From positions 372,001 to 436,000 of the forward strand of contig BDGG01000016.1 of the NCBI GenBank assembly GCA_001949185.1: a stretch of 64,000 nucleotides of DNA, given 5' to 3'. Source of the stretch: Ramazzottius varieornatus (taxonomy: Eukaryota; Animalia; Tardigrada). Under the pieces are notes generated by a model. It saw only the letters and a program-made list of their open reading frames with translations, had not been told where the DNA came from and searched no databases. Positions within the stretch are counted from its first letter, which is position 1, and each line of letters starts with the position of its first letter. Position numbers and translations under genes: made by a program. Shown piece after piece: positions 62,669 through 64,000 of the stretch.

Positions 62669-62830
62669 TATACAATATCCGAATGTAGAAAGTGCTTCCC
62701 AGCCCGTGATCAAATCTGATTGGTTTGGTGTGCCTGCACAAGTTCCCTACGACTGCAATAGTGTGTCCACAACTGCTAGTCAAATTTGACCACGGGCTGG
62801 GAAGCACTTTCGACATTCGGACATTGTGTA
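62669..62830. mobile_element. MITE family B (~160 bp, ~50-bp TIRs, TA-flanked)
   Basis: ACAATATCCGAATGTAGAAAGTGCTTCCCAGCCCGTGATCAAATCTGA versus reverse complement of the right arm ACAATGTCCGAATGTCGAAAGTGCTTCCCAGCCCGTGGTCAAATTTGA. TA on both sides. Confidence 0.85.
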
Positions 62831-63161
62831 ACCGTCTATGACGTCATGAAACTCAAATCAGTTTTCAACTTTAGTCGCCATGACGTCACAGCGGCCATTT
62901 TGCATTTGTCAGCGAAATTTGCAGCCCCTGCTTCTGCCGGAAGTCTATTGCTTGTGGACTTTGTTTCCAGAATCCGGATTTCTACTATGACGAAATATCC
63001 CCACAACAACAGCACCACAACAGAAGCACGTGCTACGCTGGTGTGAGTCGACTCCGAGGTTCAACGAACATACTGGTTATGTAAAACGGCAAGCCATAAA
63101 AGTGAAGTTCAGTTGGCTCCAGCTTTATCTCAAGCTCAGCCGTTTCTCAACATACCCACGC

Positions 63162-64000
63162 CTATGACCGCGTGGAGGCATTACAGAAACTCGACAGCAG
63201 TTTATCGAACCGTAACCGCGAGAAACCATGATAGACACGAACCTGACCTAACTTGATTGCGGACGCAAAAAAATCAATAAAAGAAGCAACGTACATTTTC
63301 GTCATCGAATCGATGAGCGATGACCAGGTTGCCGTCCTGTCGCCAGCGAAGTTGACCACCTCGACTCTCTGCCCGTCCACCCATTAGACCTGTAAGGATA
63401 CAACGGAAACATGGGGTTTAGGCGTGACATTGTGATCGACAGAAAAGCGTAATCCTCGAGCAGATGGTACGGAAAAAGACAGACTCCAGAGAGATTATGT
63501 GCAGTTGAACTCGTAGCCTAAACTTGAAGGTAAATAGAGCGATGGACAACTTTAGCTTCTTATTAGCATTTCTTCCGCCTTCTCGGAATAAAGTCCAGTG
63601 CAGCGAAGGGCTATTTAAACGGGGTCAGGCAAACTGTCGGGACGGCAGTTGGAGCCTCCATTCTTCTTACCGTTTTCCTTAATCAGAATTCGTATGGGTT
63701 GCGAAGGATGTCGTCGTGAAGCCAAAGCTTGGTGGAGATTGGCATCCGACTGAATCGCGAAGAAGTTATTGTAGTCATCTGCCAGAGAAGACACCACAAA
63801 TGTCACAACGTTCTCAAATCGAAAAACTCCACCCCGAATAACTCGCGCAGAGCGCCAAACACAGGACGGCGTGAGAACGCTTGACAAATAGCATACAACA
63901 CACTACTCCACTGACGTCATGAGCAAAAACGGCTAACCACCTGCGCGAATTGATCGAGGTAGATAGTTCGGTGTTCTTGGATAACTAGGGTTCGCTCGAC
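63162..64000 (-). CDS. Partial gene, possible PB1-domain protein (5' end outside window)
   Basis: DDYNNFFAIQSDANLHQALASRRHPSQPIRILIKENG resembles the C-terminal half of a PB1 domain (OPCA-like). Two downstream exons join in phase to a stop at 63162. Confidence 0.4.

Noticed and set aside
1-64000. tRNA, rRNA, snoRNA, U12 introns, transposase or horizontally transferred bacterial genes
   Set aside because: None recognised by eye; covariance-model and homology searches would be needed to exclude them.

Overview
This is gene-dense animal (bilaterian, probably protostome/ecdysozoan) genomic DNA with short GT-AG introns, most about 55-90 nt. Genes in order: chordin/sog (+), an orphan TM/coiled-coil gene (+), a possible degenerate orphan (+), a long-form castor/CASZ1 zinc-finger gene (+), R3HCC1/R3HCC1L-like (+), a CCK/sulfakinin-receptor-like GPCR (-), a small F-box-like gene (+), NOC2L (-), TCP11-like (+), DRC3/LRRC48 (-), an ABHD11 pseudogene (-), FBXW9-like (-), THOC2 (+), an acidic orphan with several LIR-like motifs (-), and a partial PB1-like gene (-). 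The dominant non-coding feature is a family of ~125-bp palindromic elements. I counted 28 loci (31 two-armed units) plus one half copy, roughly one per 2 kb. They lie only in introns or intergenic DNA and are built around CAAGTGGCGCAC-N25-GTGCGCCACTTG. The core and the 25-bp spacing are retained while the loop and outer arms are heavily decayed. Three loci are ~80-bp-period dimers, and one locus carries a perfect 36-bp palindrome. Other features: two further TIR elements, paired TGACGTCA hairpins, duplicated extended miR-7 (GY-box) sites in the chordin 3'UTR, and a GC-AG intron. Gene calls rest on manual splicing and recalled family motifs, not database searches. Repeat boundaries are approximate (+/-10 bp).
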